A stretch of 64,000 nt of DNA, from the NCBI GenBank assembly GCA_951406725.2, contig OX597831.1, positions 14,756,001 through 14,820,000 of the forward strand, written 5' to 3'. Below are positions 1 through 14,115 of the stretch, one piece after another. Each line of letters begins with the position of its first letter. The stretch's first letter is position 1. This stretch comes from Octopus vulgaris (lineage: Eukaryota). The notes under the pieces are model-generated. The model was not told the DNA's origin. It was given only the letters and a program-made list of their open reading frames with translations, and searched no databases. The position numbers were made by a program, and so were the translations under genes.

Positions 1-204
1 ATTTATGTGTTGCTATAAGGTTATATTTTGTCCATTACTGATATTTTAACCTTCAAATGACCTATTCTTTCACAACACACAATAATTACATTTTCTTCTT
101 AAACTAATATTTATAGTTATGGAAAAATGTAAAACTATATTAAAATAGTCCTGACTCACTTTATAGATATTTCACAATGTATGTACACATACATTGACAT
201 ATTT

Positions 205-254
<50 letters not shown>

Positions 255-906
255 ATTTCGTTTTTTTTTTATTTGGTTAGCAAGATTCTGTATTCTGAAT
301 TAGTGTGCAAGGAAAATTTTAGAACAAAAATAATGAGTGGAAATTGAACAGGTAAGTGTGTTGCTAAATAAGGCATTAAAACAGAATGACCCCACCAGGC
401 ACAACAGAATTTATTTGTGGAAGTCTGTTTGCCTATGAACTCTAACATTCCATGGTTTTAAAAATTGAACTTTGGACGGACTTTGTGTGAGGGGAGTAAA
501 AACATCTTTTTTATAATATTTTTGTTTCATAAAACATTCTTAGTCGTTTGATATTTTATCTTAGTTTATGGGCTTCGTTTTTGGTAGTATGGCACACTTT
601 TGAAAATTTAGTCGTTTATTTACCCTTTTGAGATTCCGTGCTATTTGTATTTTATTTACACATATATATATATATATATTTATCTTCTGTGTTCTTGCGT
701 ATATGTATATCCTTTTTATACAATGGTGATATTTATATATGATTCAATGTTTGAGATATGATGTTATATATTAAGTCGTTGACTCGGATTTAATGTTTAT
801 TCTGTGAACAATGTTTATTTATCTTTGTCTCCTTCTACATTTGATCACCTCTTTTTACAGTCTTTTAAACGCTTTTGTTTCCATAAAGGAGACAAATATT
901 ATTTCT

Positions 907-974
<68 letters not shown>

Positions 975-1097
975 CATGGCAGAAGTAAATAGATACCCTA
1001 CAAAACATCGTTTTCTGTTTATTCTAACTTGTAAAGATTTATATCTTGTATTAATTGACATGTTTACGTTTCAGTTTCTATGTGTGACGCTTGAATC

Positions 1098-1460
1098 ATG
1101 CCTCGTACAAAAGAAGACTTGAAACTGTCCGAATTTCAAAGAGGGCGCACCATGCATCAATGTGAAAGTCCCTTCGCTTTCTAAAGAGAAGTGTGGAGGA
1201 TAATTCCCTTTGGAAGGCCTCTGACATAACACAACTTGATGTCAGTCCCAGAACAGCTGTCAGGTATCTCCATAAACTTGGTTACTATGCCAGAGCAGCA
1301 AGAAGGAAGCCACTTCTTCGAACAGCCAATATCAAGCGGAGAAAAGGTTGGGCCAGTGTGATGGTAGAGATGCCACTAGCATTTTAAGATGTTGTCATAC
1401 TCTCTGTTGAGTCCAGTTTGATGTTTTTTTCTGACTGTGGTCAAGTATGAGTATGGAGAC
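1098..1460 (+). pseudogene. Degenerate Tc1-family transposase fragment
   Basis: Translates MPRTKEDLKLSEFQRGR..., then ...VSPRTAVRYLHKLGYYARAARRKPLLRTANIKRRKGWA...F*DVVILSVESS...SDCGQV*VWR. This matches the Tc1 HTH, the KPLL..RxxWA linker, VIFSDES and VWR motifs. Contains stops, frameshifts and a deletion. Confidence 0.85.
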
Positions 1461-1558
1461 ACTGACGAGAAAAGCTAGGATCAGTACGAGTCTTAGCAAA
1501 AAAACAAACAAAAAAATCAATACTGGGTCAATTCATTCGGCTAAAAGTTCTAGAAAGC

Positions 1559-1645
1559 GGGCCACAGCATGGCCACAGCATGGCCACACCATGGTCACAG
1601 CATGACCACAGCATGGCCACACTATAGCCGCTGCATGACCGCTGT
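1559..1645 (+). repeat. 11-bp minisatellite (GGCCACAGCAT)x~7-8 inside a degenerate SINE-A tail
   Basis: gccacagcatggccacagcatggccacaccatggtcacagcatgaccacagcatggccacactat; the unit equals the SINE-A tail motif cagcatggcc(g/a)cag. Confidence 0.8.
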
Positions 1646-1902
1646 CTAAGGATTGAAGCAGACAAACGATACAGATATGCATACAACCTTACCCGAATAT
1701 GAATTCAGAACATAAAGCCGAAAGAAATTCCACTGGGCATTCTGTCCGGCATACTAACGGTTCCTCTAACTTACCATCTCAACAATGATAACAATATCAT
1801 TGCATTTCGGGACGGTCATTTTCTCATTTTTTCTGTCAAATAAACACACGCACTATGTATTCTTACTTCACTCGTTTATTACTCTTCTTATTTTAATTCA
1901 TG

Positions 1903-1955
1903 TTCCTTGACAAGAATTCTTTCGTCATACATCTGTGACCGCTTCAGCGACATTT
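1903..1955 (-). ncRNA. Degenerate hammerhead-like motif
   Basis: Minus strand TGTCG-CTGAAGC-G-GTCA cagatgta TGAC-GAAA-GAATTC-TTGTCA. Stem II and GAAA are present; A9 is changed to C and stem I is imperfect. Confidence 0.4.
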
Positions 1956-3277
1956 TCCGTCCAATAATAATAATTATGATGACGATATATTCTATTGGCC
2001 TCACTGAAAATAATAAGAGAAATCTATGCGTACTGGACCAAGTTGAAAAGCGACGAAGGTGAGATGGAAAAGAGGAGAACATTGGTAATATATGAAGATT
2101 ATGTAGATAAGATTTGCTGCTAATGTTGGAATAAACTTTATAAATTAGTGAAGTCGAAAGAAGAAATAGCAATTCCCCAGTCAAAAAACATCATTAAACT
2201 GAAATAAAAACGAGAATATTATATGTTATTCTGGGTAGCAAACAATGTGATGACATACAAGTAAATAAAATCACTATTATACAAATACTCTCAATCTTAA
2301 TCTGGAAAAGTTGAATTGTCACAAATGTAGCTGTTGATTATTGGAGGGGGGGGGGGCAGAAGTATTGTGGTAGTTAAAGAGACTGAATGTTTAAAAGGCA
2401 TCAACGATGATTTTCTTTTTCTTTTTAGCTTTACCCAATTTCCGGAAAGGATACCTTGACTCGTTACAGAGGAAATACAGAGAAAGACAAATTAGTTTAA
2501 GGAAATAAAGACAAACAGGACGAATGAGTGTGAGATGTAAAAGAAGTGACGAAATAAAAATAAGGAAAACACATCGATTACGACAGAGGATAAAGCTTTA
2601 TAAAGAAATAAAGAAAACTTTAAGAAAAATGTGAAGGAAATGTCAGTCAACAGCTGAATGGTGTTGTCGTACGATCAGCTTAAGTGCCAGATGAGAGTAT
2701 ATTTGGGGATTGCTGAGCGAATATTTGGAGCAACAGGCTGGAAGTAGAAAAGAGGTGTAAACTGGCTAAACTAAGGATTTTACTTGTCGCATTTTAGCTC
2801 TTACATTTTACTTATTTCAGGAAATGGATTGCGGCCACACTGGAGTACCACATTGAGATGTTTTAGTGGAATAATTCGCCACCTGTACTTATTTGTTTCA
2901 AGTTAAGTCTGGTACTGAGGCTATATGTTCCTTTGGCTGAAACATCCAAGTTGCTGGGACGTAAACAAACCAACGCCGATCTAAATCAATGTTGGGAGAC
3001 AAATAAGTACAAACACACACACACACACACACATACTTATATACATGTATTTCCTCAACTTAGCGGTTCGGCAAAATTAACCAATACAATAAACAACAAG
3101 ATTTAATCGATTTCTTTCACTAAATCTTTCAACACTTCCAGGTGTTGCTATAACATGGGCTTGCCCGACGGACTGAAACAACTAAAGGAAAATTATATAT
3201 AAGTATATATAATATATGATCATATATATATACATAGAGACATATATACATACACACACAATATATATATAAAAACA

Positions 3278-3309
<32 letters not shown>

Positions 3310-3312
<3 letters not shown>

Positions 3313-3615
3313 TCTTTTATTTGTATCACTCATTTGACTGCGGCCATGCTGGAGCACCACCTTTTGTCGAATAAATCGACCCTAGGACTTATTCTTTTAA
3401 GCCTAGTACGTATTCTATCAGTTTCTTTTGTCGAGTCGCTAATTTACGAGGAGTAAACACACCAACAAAGGTTGTCAATCGATGGTGGTGCGGAGAGAGA
3501 CACATATACAGAAGCACACCCACACACATATACACACACACAGACATATACGACGGATTTCTTTCAGTTCCGGTCTACCAAATCCACTCACAAGGGTGAT
3601 AGAAAGACGCCGTAC
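3310..3615 (-). mobile_element. SINE family A (tail and part of body)
   Basis: gactgcggccatgctggagcacc...ttctttcagttccggtctaccaaatccactcacaagg is the reverse complement of the full copy at 29424-29831. Confidence 0.85.
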
Positions 3616-3616
<1 letters not shown>

Positions 3617-3646
<30 letters not shown>

Positions 3647-3700
3647 TGTATGTATGTATGTATGTATGTATGTATGTATGTATGTATGTATGTATGTATG
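3617..3700. repeat. (TATG)n microsatellite
   Basis: Direct inspection. Confidence 0.95.
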
Positions 3701-4119
3701 CGTATGTGCCTTTGTCTTTGTGTCCGTCCTGCTACATGTTTTACAACCGGATATTGGTTTGCTTTCGTCACCGTAGCTTTGCGATTCGGCCAAAAAAAAA
3801 AAAAAAAATCAACAGAAGTTTCAAACTTTAAAAATATAAATTTACTGCGGCCGATTTGTTCGAATAAGTTCCTTCAATATGGTGCCCGGGTATGTCCGCA
3901 TGTATGTGCGTGTGTGCGCGTGTGTGTGTGAGTGTGTGTATGTGTATACAAACATGCATACATACATAGCTATGTTTCTCTTTCTTTCCTTCTTTCTTTC
4001 TTTCTTTCTGTATTATATGGACAGAGTAGTTAATTAGATAATTATATAGATAAATGACAATATATACATACAAACACACACACACACATACACAGACACA
4101 CAGACACATATATATATGC

Positions 4120-4265
4120 TACGGACGTGTTTCAGAGTTTGTCAATCAAATCCACTCTGAATGATGTCGTCAGCCCGAGGCTATAGTAAAAACACTTGCC
4201 CAAGCTGAACCGGGAACCATGTGAGTGGGAAGCAATATTCTTACCACACAGCCACGCCTGCGCCC
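4120..4265 (-). mobile_element. SINE family A head fragment
   Basis: acacttgcccaag...gaaccgggaaccatgt...cttaccacacagccacgcctgcgcc; tRNA-like head on the minus strand. Confidence 0.8.
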
Positions 4266-5162
4266 CACAGCATATCCACACTTGCCCCTCCACACAGCCA
4301 CATACACGCATACAAACACACACACACACACACTCACATATATATATAGCAAAATGAAGTTGTAAGGTACCGCACGAGTAGAGTTATATATGAAAGAAGG
4401 TTTGAAATAAACATATTTTAAAATTGCATTTTCAAACCTTCTTTTATATATATATAGATTGATTGATGGAGATATTCGGTTTTACTGAGGCTATCGTATG
4501 TGGACATAAAAAAACTACGGTACTAAAATCAAAATCTACAATGTATGCTAAAAGAAATAAATCGATATTTCAAAGAAGAATCAAAAACATAAAGTAGAAG
4601 GGTGAATTAGCTTTCTATAGCTTATATATTTTACTTGCAACAATAAAGTCTTAATATTTATAGATGTTGCTTATCTTCCCGATGGTGCAGTTGTAACTTC
4701 GACATTGTTATTGCAGTAACCGTGTAGGTGTGTGTGAGTGTGTGTGTGAGAGAGAGAGTTTGGCAGAGTAGAGAGAGGTATAAAAAAAGAGAGAGTAAAG
4801 AGAAAGTAAAGAATAAGGAATGGTGTGTCAGCATCTTGATGAACGTCGGATTTCAGATGTGTGAACCGTTACAACGAGGTGTTTATCACCAAACAGGAAT
4901 AATTAAATTGTCAGGTTTGGTTTTATTCGTTCAGTCCCTCTGGTCAGGCCTGACGGAGCACATATATAAGAATGCGAGCGGGTTCAATACGTACCTACAT
5001 GTACGTACGTATGTACGCATGCATGTATGTATGTATGTATGCAGGCATTATGTGTGTGTGTACGTGTACACATACACATATATACATATACATGTCTATA
5101 TATATATATATATCTATATATCTATATATCTATATATATCTCTATATATATCTATATATCTA

Positions 5163-5219
<57 letters not shown>

Positions 5220-5354
5220 CAATAAATGGTGGGGTTGTGTTGACCGCACGTGGAGAAATGATAAGTAAGGAAAATTTTTTTAAAAATGCAGAATGCTCAA
5301 ATGAAAGAAAATTTTAATAAAATGAGAAATTGATAAAATATATAAATATATATT

Positions 5355-5395
5355 TATTCAACCGGTTTTCGTCATTGTATGACTTGTCAAGAATA
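5355..5395 (-). ncRNA. Minimal type I hammerhead ribozyme, U3-A8 variant
   Basis: TATTC-TTGACAA-GTCA tacaa TGAC-GAAA-ACCGGT-T-GAATA: 5-bp stem I, 4-bp stem II, palindromic ACCGGT loop III. Confidence 0.65.
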
Positions 5396-5681
5396 TTTAT
5401 GTTTTAAAAAGTTTTTTTAAAAATTAGAAAGGGGAAAAAAAGAAAATTGCATTGTTTTTTGTAAAAGAATAATGATAAAAATGTACAAAAATTAAAAAAT
5501 AAGTTCTCCGATACATTGTGAGTTCGTTGTGTATCTTGAGTTTTATGGTTGTTTACGAAAAAATTACCTTGAGGTGTTAAGATCCAAAGGGATTAAGAGC
5601 ATGTGTTGTGTTGTTAAATTCACAATGCAATTTTCTTTTTTTCCCCTTTCTAATTTAAAAAAAAACTTTTTAAAACATAAA

Positions 5682-5722
5682 TATTCTTGACAAGTCATAC
5701 AATGACGAAAACCAGTTGAATA
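5682..5722 (+). ncRNA. Second (inverted) copy of the U3-A8 hammerhead
   Basis: TATTC-TTGACAA-GTCA tacaa TGAC-GAAA-ACCAGT-T-GAATA. Confidence 0.6.
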
Positions 5723-5810
5723 AATATATATTTATATATTTTATCAATTTCTCATTTTATTAAAATTTTCTTTCATTTGAGCATTCTGCATTTTTAAAAA
5801 AATTTTTCCT

Positions 5811-5881
<71 letters not shown>

Positions 5882-6056
5882 TGAGAGAGAGAGAGCCTGA
5901 GAGAAAGAGAGAGGGAAAGACAGGCAGAGAATTAAATTGATGGGTAATGAGAAGATACTTTGGTAGATATATAGGTAAATATATAGATAGATAGTTTTAG
6001 ATGGATTTTGAGATGGACAAAAAGACAGACAGACAGACAGACAGACAGATAGATAG

Positions 6057-6111
<55 letters not shown>

Positions 6112-6558
6112 GATGTTTTTCGTGAAAGACAGTTAGATAGATAATTGGAGTGACAGCTACATATATCGTTAGCTTAGAGTTAGAGAGTCAGATGAATAGC
6201 CACACACACACAAACACACACACACACAAATACATCCACATACACTCACACAAACACACAGATATAGTAAAATGCATAGATGAAAATACAAAAAAGAATG
6301 AAACATGATGGGGGTGAATCGGCACATAATTCAGTCAGATAAGTATAACTCGTGACAGAAAGCAAAGATAGAAATATGATACGAAACAGCAATGGAAGAC
6401 TGTGTACAATGAAATTGAAGTAAATATTTAAAGCGACACTTGACATAAGGTTTTGGCTGACAATCTTTATTAAAAACAAGGAATAACAACAAGAGAAATA
6501 AGAAAAGAAAAGTTATGTCGACTTTACAATATCTTCCCCACATGATGTTTCTATAGAA

Positions 6559-6818
6559 CAATGCTACTCAAAGTGGTGGTCATGGATAGGCGGGGATACG
6601 CGGCGGGAAAAGAAAGAAACATTGTAAAATGCTTATGTAATATTGTATTATTTGTTTGTAAAATACATATAAGGTAAAACAAATTGTCAACTTTTCTTAT
6701 ATTCATTATATAAATTGTTTCCGGTATAAATAATTATTACCAAGAAATATTACCGATCCCTAGCACATTGGGAAAAAAACCTGCTAGTTCGTCACATCAG
6801 ACAGTTTGAGAAGCACTG
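6559..6818. mobile_element. hAT-type MITE
   Basis: TIRs CAATGCTACTCAAAGT and AGTTTGAGAAGCACTG; flanking 8-mers ctatagaa (6551-6558) and ctgaagaa (6819-6826) fit a decayed 8-bp TSD. Confidence 0.7.
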
Positions 6819-8549
6819 CTGAAGAAGACGAGAAACTCACTCGTATACTTTGGGATGTGATCATCAGTGACGATAAAGCAATGTTAGATAATTTCTATTT
6901 TCATTATTTTGTGAGTTTGTGTGTTTTAGACTTAAAGCGTATAATTTTTGGAAATAGTATTCAAAAATATCGAATTAAGAGTATGTATAATTTTGTTCAC
7001 TAATATCAGTTTTTTGTCTTCTTATTTATTCTCCTATTGGTATAATCCTGAAATATTAATCTAGAATTACTAATTTTGTTTTTCAAGTGAAGAAAAATTA
7101 TTTTACAAATATTTCTTTGGTTTTGCTTTTAATTTGTTTTCATTACTTGTTTTTGCAGTGTTACAAATTTACGTTCATGATCCTTTAGAGAATTATAATT
7201 TTTTTCTGCTTTCTGTATTAACACCGGAAGCTAAATATTGGAATTTCTATTCATTAAATTTAATATCTTGAATTTAATATCTTAAATTTAATTTCTTATA
7301 CTTGCTTTAATTATTAAAAGTATTGAAGTGTCGTAGCTAATTTTGTATGGTTTCTAAATACTGAACAATAACACTTTTCCAAGTATGTTACTAGACTAAT
7401 TTATATTCTTAATATTTCTAAAATATGGTATTTAAGGGTTTTGAATTTTATATTCTTCAACCTTATGAAAATTCAAACAGTTTTCTTTTCGTGTTGCTTC
7501 TGAAAGCATTTCAGGATTCTAAAGACAATTGTTTTATCTAATGAATTTATTTCACCGTTTAAGTCGGAAGGATAGGCCTTCTGGTAGAATTTCTTAAGTA
7601 GGTAATCTCTGTCGCCTACACTTAAATTCTATTTTCGTCGCTCTAACATTTTTGAGGATTCACGGTTCTGCTAAAGAATTTCCTTTAATCCCCATAACCT
7701 AATCTCAGTAGTTCATGATTTCAATTATATAACAATTAATTTCAAGTCGTCCACTTCAGGGAAGCCAGCGACTCATGGCTATATTTCTCTTTCTTTCCTT
7801 CTTTCTTTCATTCTGTATTATATGGACAGAACAGATAAGTAGATAATTATATAGATAAATGACCATACACACATGCATACATATATTTATATATTTGTAT
7901 ATATATATATATACATATATATAATTATATAAGTATGTATATATGCATATATGTATATATGAACATAAACATAATAATATTTTGTATATATATATATGTG
8001 TGTGTGCGTGTGTGTGTTTGTGTGTTTATGTGTGTGTGTTTGTGTGCGTGTGTGAGAGAGAGAGAGGGGGGAGAGAGAGAGAAATTGGACTGACGTCAGT
8101 TAGTGCTTCCACCCACAGTTGCTTTCGTAGTAGGGGAGAAAGAGAGAGAGAGAGAGAGAGAGAGTTTACTAAGAAACAAAAAGAATGGCGAAGTTTCCCT
8201 TTAAGAGGAGAGAAACGCACAGGGTTTATATGATGCACATACATATATGTATAGCACCATATATGGAATGCATCGGTGGTGACATAAGAACAGGTGGTTT
8301 CCCTGAAAACCAAGGTAGTAGAAATAAGAGACACACCCACTTAGTAACGGTTGTATAAGCACACACACATACACATACACCCATACGCGCAGGCACACAT
8401 GCACTCACTGTTACACGCTCACTCACACACACACATAAATACATAGATTCAGCGCACATACACAGTTCTATGTGTGCATATATCTATTTATATATATGTA
8501 TAATAGTATAACATATATGTGTATATATATATATATATATGTGTGTGTA

Positions 8550-8919
8550 TTATTTTATACTTTTATTTGTTTTAGCTACTTGACTGCCGCCATGCTGGAG
8601 CACCGCCTTTAGTCGAAACAATTGACCCCAGGACTTATCCGCTGTAAGCCCAGTACTTATTCCATCAGTCTCTTAGCGAACTGCTAGGTCACGGGGATGT
8701 GAACACACCAACATACACACACATACACACACACACATACACACACACACATATATATACGACGGGCTTGTTTCGGTTTCTGTCTACCAAATCCACTCAT
8801 AAGGCTTTCGTCGGCCCGAGGTTATAGCGGAAAACACTTGCCCAAGGTACCATGCAGTGAGACAGAACCCGGAACTATGTGGTTGCTAAGCTACTTACCA
8901 CACAGCCACTCTTGCGCCT
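8550..8919 (-). mobile_element. SINE family A, near full length
   Basis: Colinear reverse complement of 29424-29831, including the internal (CA)n spacer. Confidence 0.9.
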
Positions 8920-8929
8920 ATATATATAT

Positions 8930-9009
<80 letters not shown>

Positions 9010-9017
<8 letters not shown>

Positions 9018-9299
9018 AGTGAATTGAAGAAATGGAGTTGAACGAAGATTGAACAGAAATCGTTTTATTGCATTCTACACGTGTTTCGAAAGGCACAATT
9101 TACCAATTTCTGTTCAATCTTCGTTCAACTCCATTTCTTCAATTCACTAATAATATTAAAATTCAATTATCCGCACCAACGCACGGTTGCAACACCATAT
9201 GGTTGTACCTCCAACCGTGCTGTCTTCTGCTGTGATTTTTGCTACCAAGGTATCGGTTAAACTTTTGATTAATCTGCAACAAGATTATTCATCTTTCTA

Positions 9300-9307
<8 letters not shown>
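9010..9307. mobile_element. (TA)n-flanked Penelope-like terminal cassette with 50-bp fold-back
   Basis: Inverted arms 9010-9060 and 9106-9156. The spacer holds the 3' half of an HHR on the minus strand (TTC-GAAA-CACGTG-TA-GAATGC). The distal part is homologous, inverted, to 12195-12290. Confidence 0.6.
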
Positions 9308-9352
<45 letters not shown>

Positions 9353-9369
9353 AGTTGAATAATACTTTT

Positions 9370-9918
9370 AAGGCCTCACTGTACTCACTCTTTCAGAGCT
9401 TGTCACTAATTCAGTTTTTAACTAAATGGCAAGCCTGTAACGGTTTTTATGAGGACCTATCCCTAGCTACATTTTTGTATAAGAAAATCGAGATTTGGTC
9501 CAGTAGAAAAAAGTTTACATCAAATTTGTATCGATGTTATACGAGATTAAGTAACGCCACCTGTCAAGTATAGATGTGAATAATATTTTTTTTTGAAAGC
9601 AAAACATATTTATCTTAGCTTCAATGATATAAGAAAGTGTGAAGGAGTTCATTGTTTTGATTTCCTGCATCCAAAATTTGTTCCAAAACAATTGTGAGCT
9701 AAAATATTCTGATAAAAATGTACGGCAAAAAATTGGATTTAAGTATACTTAATTTCTTTTATTTTAAAACTAAACTATATTTTAATTAAGCTTAAATGAT
9801 AGAGCTCAGCTCGAAGAATTTCATGGTATCAATCTCATGTAATAAAGTTTTAGGAGAAAAAAGTTATGAGTGCTTGTTTCTCAAATTTGAGGGTGATAAT
9901 ATAGTGCAATACCCTTTT
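9370..9918. mobile_element. Possible old non-autonomous DNA transposon
   Basis: Begins ttaaggcctcactgtactcac and ends gtgataatatagtgcaataccctt; only weak terminal complementarity. Confidence 0.3.
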
Positions 9919-10049
9919 ATGGATATAGTTGAGAGGGACTTTGGATATATGTCACCGGCATCACTGAGGTAAGGAAATAATTATCAACGACACTGCTAAC
10001 TGACACATTTGACACACTAATTAGCATAATAGCCTGGAAAAAAACATGG

Positions 10050-10351
10050 ATTACACGGGAAAATGCGAGCAAAAGAAATAATATTCTTAATATTATAAAC
10101 CTGGAAAAGTACAGGACAAGTTATTACATCTCGTAAAGTACAGAACAAAAAAAGTTTTACTTAAAATATTTAGTATAAGCTTATATTTTCTAAATCTACA
10201 TATTTTATTTGAAACCTTATCCTTAGCTGCAATATTCTAAGTAAAACGTTTCTTGTTCTGTACTTTAAGAGTTGTAATAACTTATCCTGAACTTTTCCAG
10301 ATTTATAATCGTAAGAATATTATTTCTCTTGCTCACATTTTTCCATGTAAT
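10050..10351. mobile_element. Fold-back/MITE-like element with ~120-bp inverted arms
   Basis: 10050-10170 is the diverged reverse complement of 10231-10351 (e.g. aaagtacagaacaa / ttgttctgtacttt). Confidence 0.75.
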
Positions 10352-11019
10352 AACACTATGTATAATAGTATAATATATGTGTATATATATATATATATAT
10401 ATACGTACATCTAAAGGAAAACAGGATCAGAAAGAAAGTTAGGAAGGAAGAGAAAGAGAAACAAAAGTGTGAGTGTAAGAGAGAGGGAGAGTGAGAATGA
10501 GAGAGCGAGAGAGAATTCCTATTCATGAACATAACAAACTCGTCTAAAAATTATTCTGTTCATAATGACAGCAATTGTTAATAATCCTGGTCGCAATTTA
10601 CACCATTCTTCCTGATCTGCTCATAATAAAGTTCCGCAATTTAGGTGTGAAGCAATTTTGTGTTTAATAAACGGCATTCAGTAAAAATGATTCGAGGGGG
10701 TGTTCTAGAACGAATCGTTGATTCAGCTTCAGCAGAGATTTCTCAGAGTAGTTCTGTGTAATGTGACATGCAGGTGCAGCACATTATTGGTACGTTGTCA
10801 GTCAAAATTCCCATCTTTCATTTTAATTCCTTCTTCTCTTAGTATTTCCCATTGGTGCGTCCTTCGACGGCTTCAAACTCATGTCAGATTTATTGATTTC
10901 GGTCGTTTTTACAATAAAGTGTTACCTGCTTTTGATTCAATTGAAATTGAAATTGCTGTGACTGTTCGACTGCGACACCTGTGCCAGAACTATTTTTCCA
11001 GTTAAAAGATAGCTAAATC

Positions 11020-11077
<58 letters not shown>

Positions 11078-11125
11078 CACACACACGGACACACACTTAT
11101 ATAGATAGAGAGACAGACAGCAGAA

Positions 11126-11490
<365 letters not shown>

Positions 11491-11509
11491 CTTTGTCTTT
11501 ATATGTATT

Positions 11510-11700
11510 GTTTTATTGTTTTGTTTCATTCATATAACTGTGGCCATGCTGAGGCACCGCCTTGAAGGGATTTAGTCGAACAAATCGACATCAGGACTTA
11601 TTTTTTAAGCCCAGTACTAAATCTATCAGTTACTTCCGCTGATCCTTTAAGTTACGGGGACGTAACCACACCAAGCGGTGACGGAGGTACAAACACCAAC
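11510..11700 (-). mobile_element. SINE family A tail
   Basis: tggccatgctgaggcaccgcc...tttagtcgaacaaatcgac...aagttacggggacgtaa. Confidence 0.8.
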
Positions 11701-11739
11701 AGGACACACGCATATAACTGACTTTAGCCACTTGATATA

Positions 11740-11787
<48 letters not shown>

Positions 11788-12158
11788 TACTATGTTCCTG
11801 CCTCAAAGCTTTCACTCTACACACGTCAGCTCAACGTCATTCATCTTTACGAGTCACAAGACACCTGTTGTTTCCATGTTGCAATTGTGTAACATGTCTC
11901 CGTTTCTTGTCTTTGTTGTCGTACACATTCGCTTGCATTCCACCAAAATTTAATGCTCTAGCTTAGATTTAGGGTGGGGTAGCCAGATGTGAACAGTCTC
12001 AAGTGTAACTGCCCGAAAGTGTAAGGATAATTTGGTAACTTAACTGACAAGAGGAGGCCGCGAATCACCGGTCCTTGTTTTTTTCCTGTCCGTCTTCTTC
12101 GCATCGTTTGTCGGTCCAGATGCTTTATTGTCGTCTGTTGCGTTCTTGTTCCACTTTT

Positions 12159-12706
<548 letters not shown>

Positions 12707-12819
12707 TAAATTACGCTAAGGAATTACAGATATTTGCATTTACATTTTGCATTATGAAAGTGTTAATCATGATACGTAGGTAATCGTTTCATTTTGTATA
12801 TTTTCATTTGCCTGACTTA

Positions 12820-12945
12820 TTTTTACATCCTGGCGGTTTTGCTGAGATTTTTCTTGAGAACACACTTTTCGTAGTAAGGCGATTTGACGTCTATCTTTAG
12901 CATATTAGGAATCCACTTTAATGGTCATTCCTCTTATTTATTGCA
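12820..12945 (+). repeat. Interspersed repeat end ('ggcgatttgacgtctat' family)
   Basis: cttgagaacacact..ggcgatttgacgtctat..tagcatattagga recurs at 25062-25350 and 45220-45328; these copies end in or next to TA-rich tracts. Confidence 0.75.
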
Positions 12946-12984
12946 TATATATATATATATACGTATGTATATATGTATGTGTGC

Positions 12985-13061
<77 letters not shown>

Positions 13062-13710
13062 CATGTATGTATATATATATATGTGTGTGTATGTGTTTGT
13101 ATACATATACACACCTGTGAACTCATGTCAATTTTACATAGAAGAATTGAAATTTCTGCAGCCAATCAGCTTGCAGCATATTCTAAATTGAAGTGCGCGG
13201 CATCAAGACACCACCATCGATACGTCTCCTCTCATTCTCTCACACTCACCCTCTCTCGATACTTTACTCCCTTTATCTCTCCTTAATAAGAATTCCTCTT
13301 CATTATTGCATGAATGCTGATACTACATAAGGACAAAAGTAATTGGCTCTAGAAGGATATTTGAAATGAAATAGCGATCGCTTCACTGACATAATTTACC
13401 GAAAAATATTCGCACTTTAACGAAAAGTCTAAGAAATATGAATGAAAACCACCCGAGCAGTTTATTCAGATTACTCACTTTCATGCGCACTCTGATGGGG
13501 ACTAAACTAGTAATACATATAACCATAACTTCTCGTTCCATAAATCTTTAGTCTTCAGTCCTTCAATCTTTCCCTCTCGCTCTCTTTATCTGTTTATATT
13601 TAAATATCTATGAATATATGTACACGCGGGCGGACGCAGATACAGACACATACACATACACACAGAGACAGAGACACACACGCATGCACACATATTTATG
13701 TGTGTAGCTA

Positions 13711-13758
<48 letters not shown>

Positions 13759-13910
13759 AATCGCTATGTTAGAAGAGTCATTACGCTAACGTCAATAATA
13801 ATACGCCAATGTTTGATAAGAGTTAACGGTTTAAATTGGGAAACCTTAACCAGAAATGCCATTGTTTATCAATTGCACAATGTGCATAATGCATAAATAC
13901 ATTATGCTCC

Positions 13911-13963
<53 letters not shown>

Positions 13964-14016
13964 TAATGATAATAATAATAAAAATAATGATAATAATAAT
14001 AATAATGATAATAATG

Positions 14017-14099
<83 letters not shown>

Positions 14100-14115
14100 C
14101 ATAATAATAACAATA
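13911..14115. repeat. (AAT)n microsatellite
   Basis: Direct inspection. Confidence 0.95.

Larger units (their letters stand above)
5217..5814 (-). mobile_element. Penelope-like pseudo-LTR cassette with inverted duplication, between (TA)n tracts
   Basis: Near-perfect ~190-bp inverted arms at 5264-5455 and 5622-5814, each with an HHR motif. The spacer on the minus strand reads ..HALNPFG(frameshift)LN, similar to the PxGLN end of PLE GIY-YIG ORFs. (TA)n on both sides. Confidence 0.7.

Noticed and set aside
6850-7780. A-rich minus-strand tract that could be a decayed retroelement ORF
   Set aside because: Stops interrupt the frames I read and only a vague LPEGL-like motif is visible; cannot be assigned by eye.
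10718-11005. 95-aa non-repetitive ORF
   Set aside because: Non-ATG start, no motif, and a length compatible with chance.
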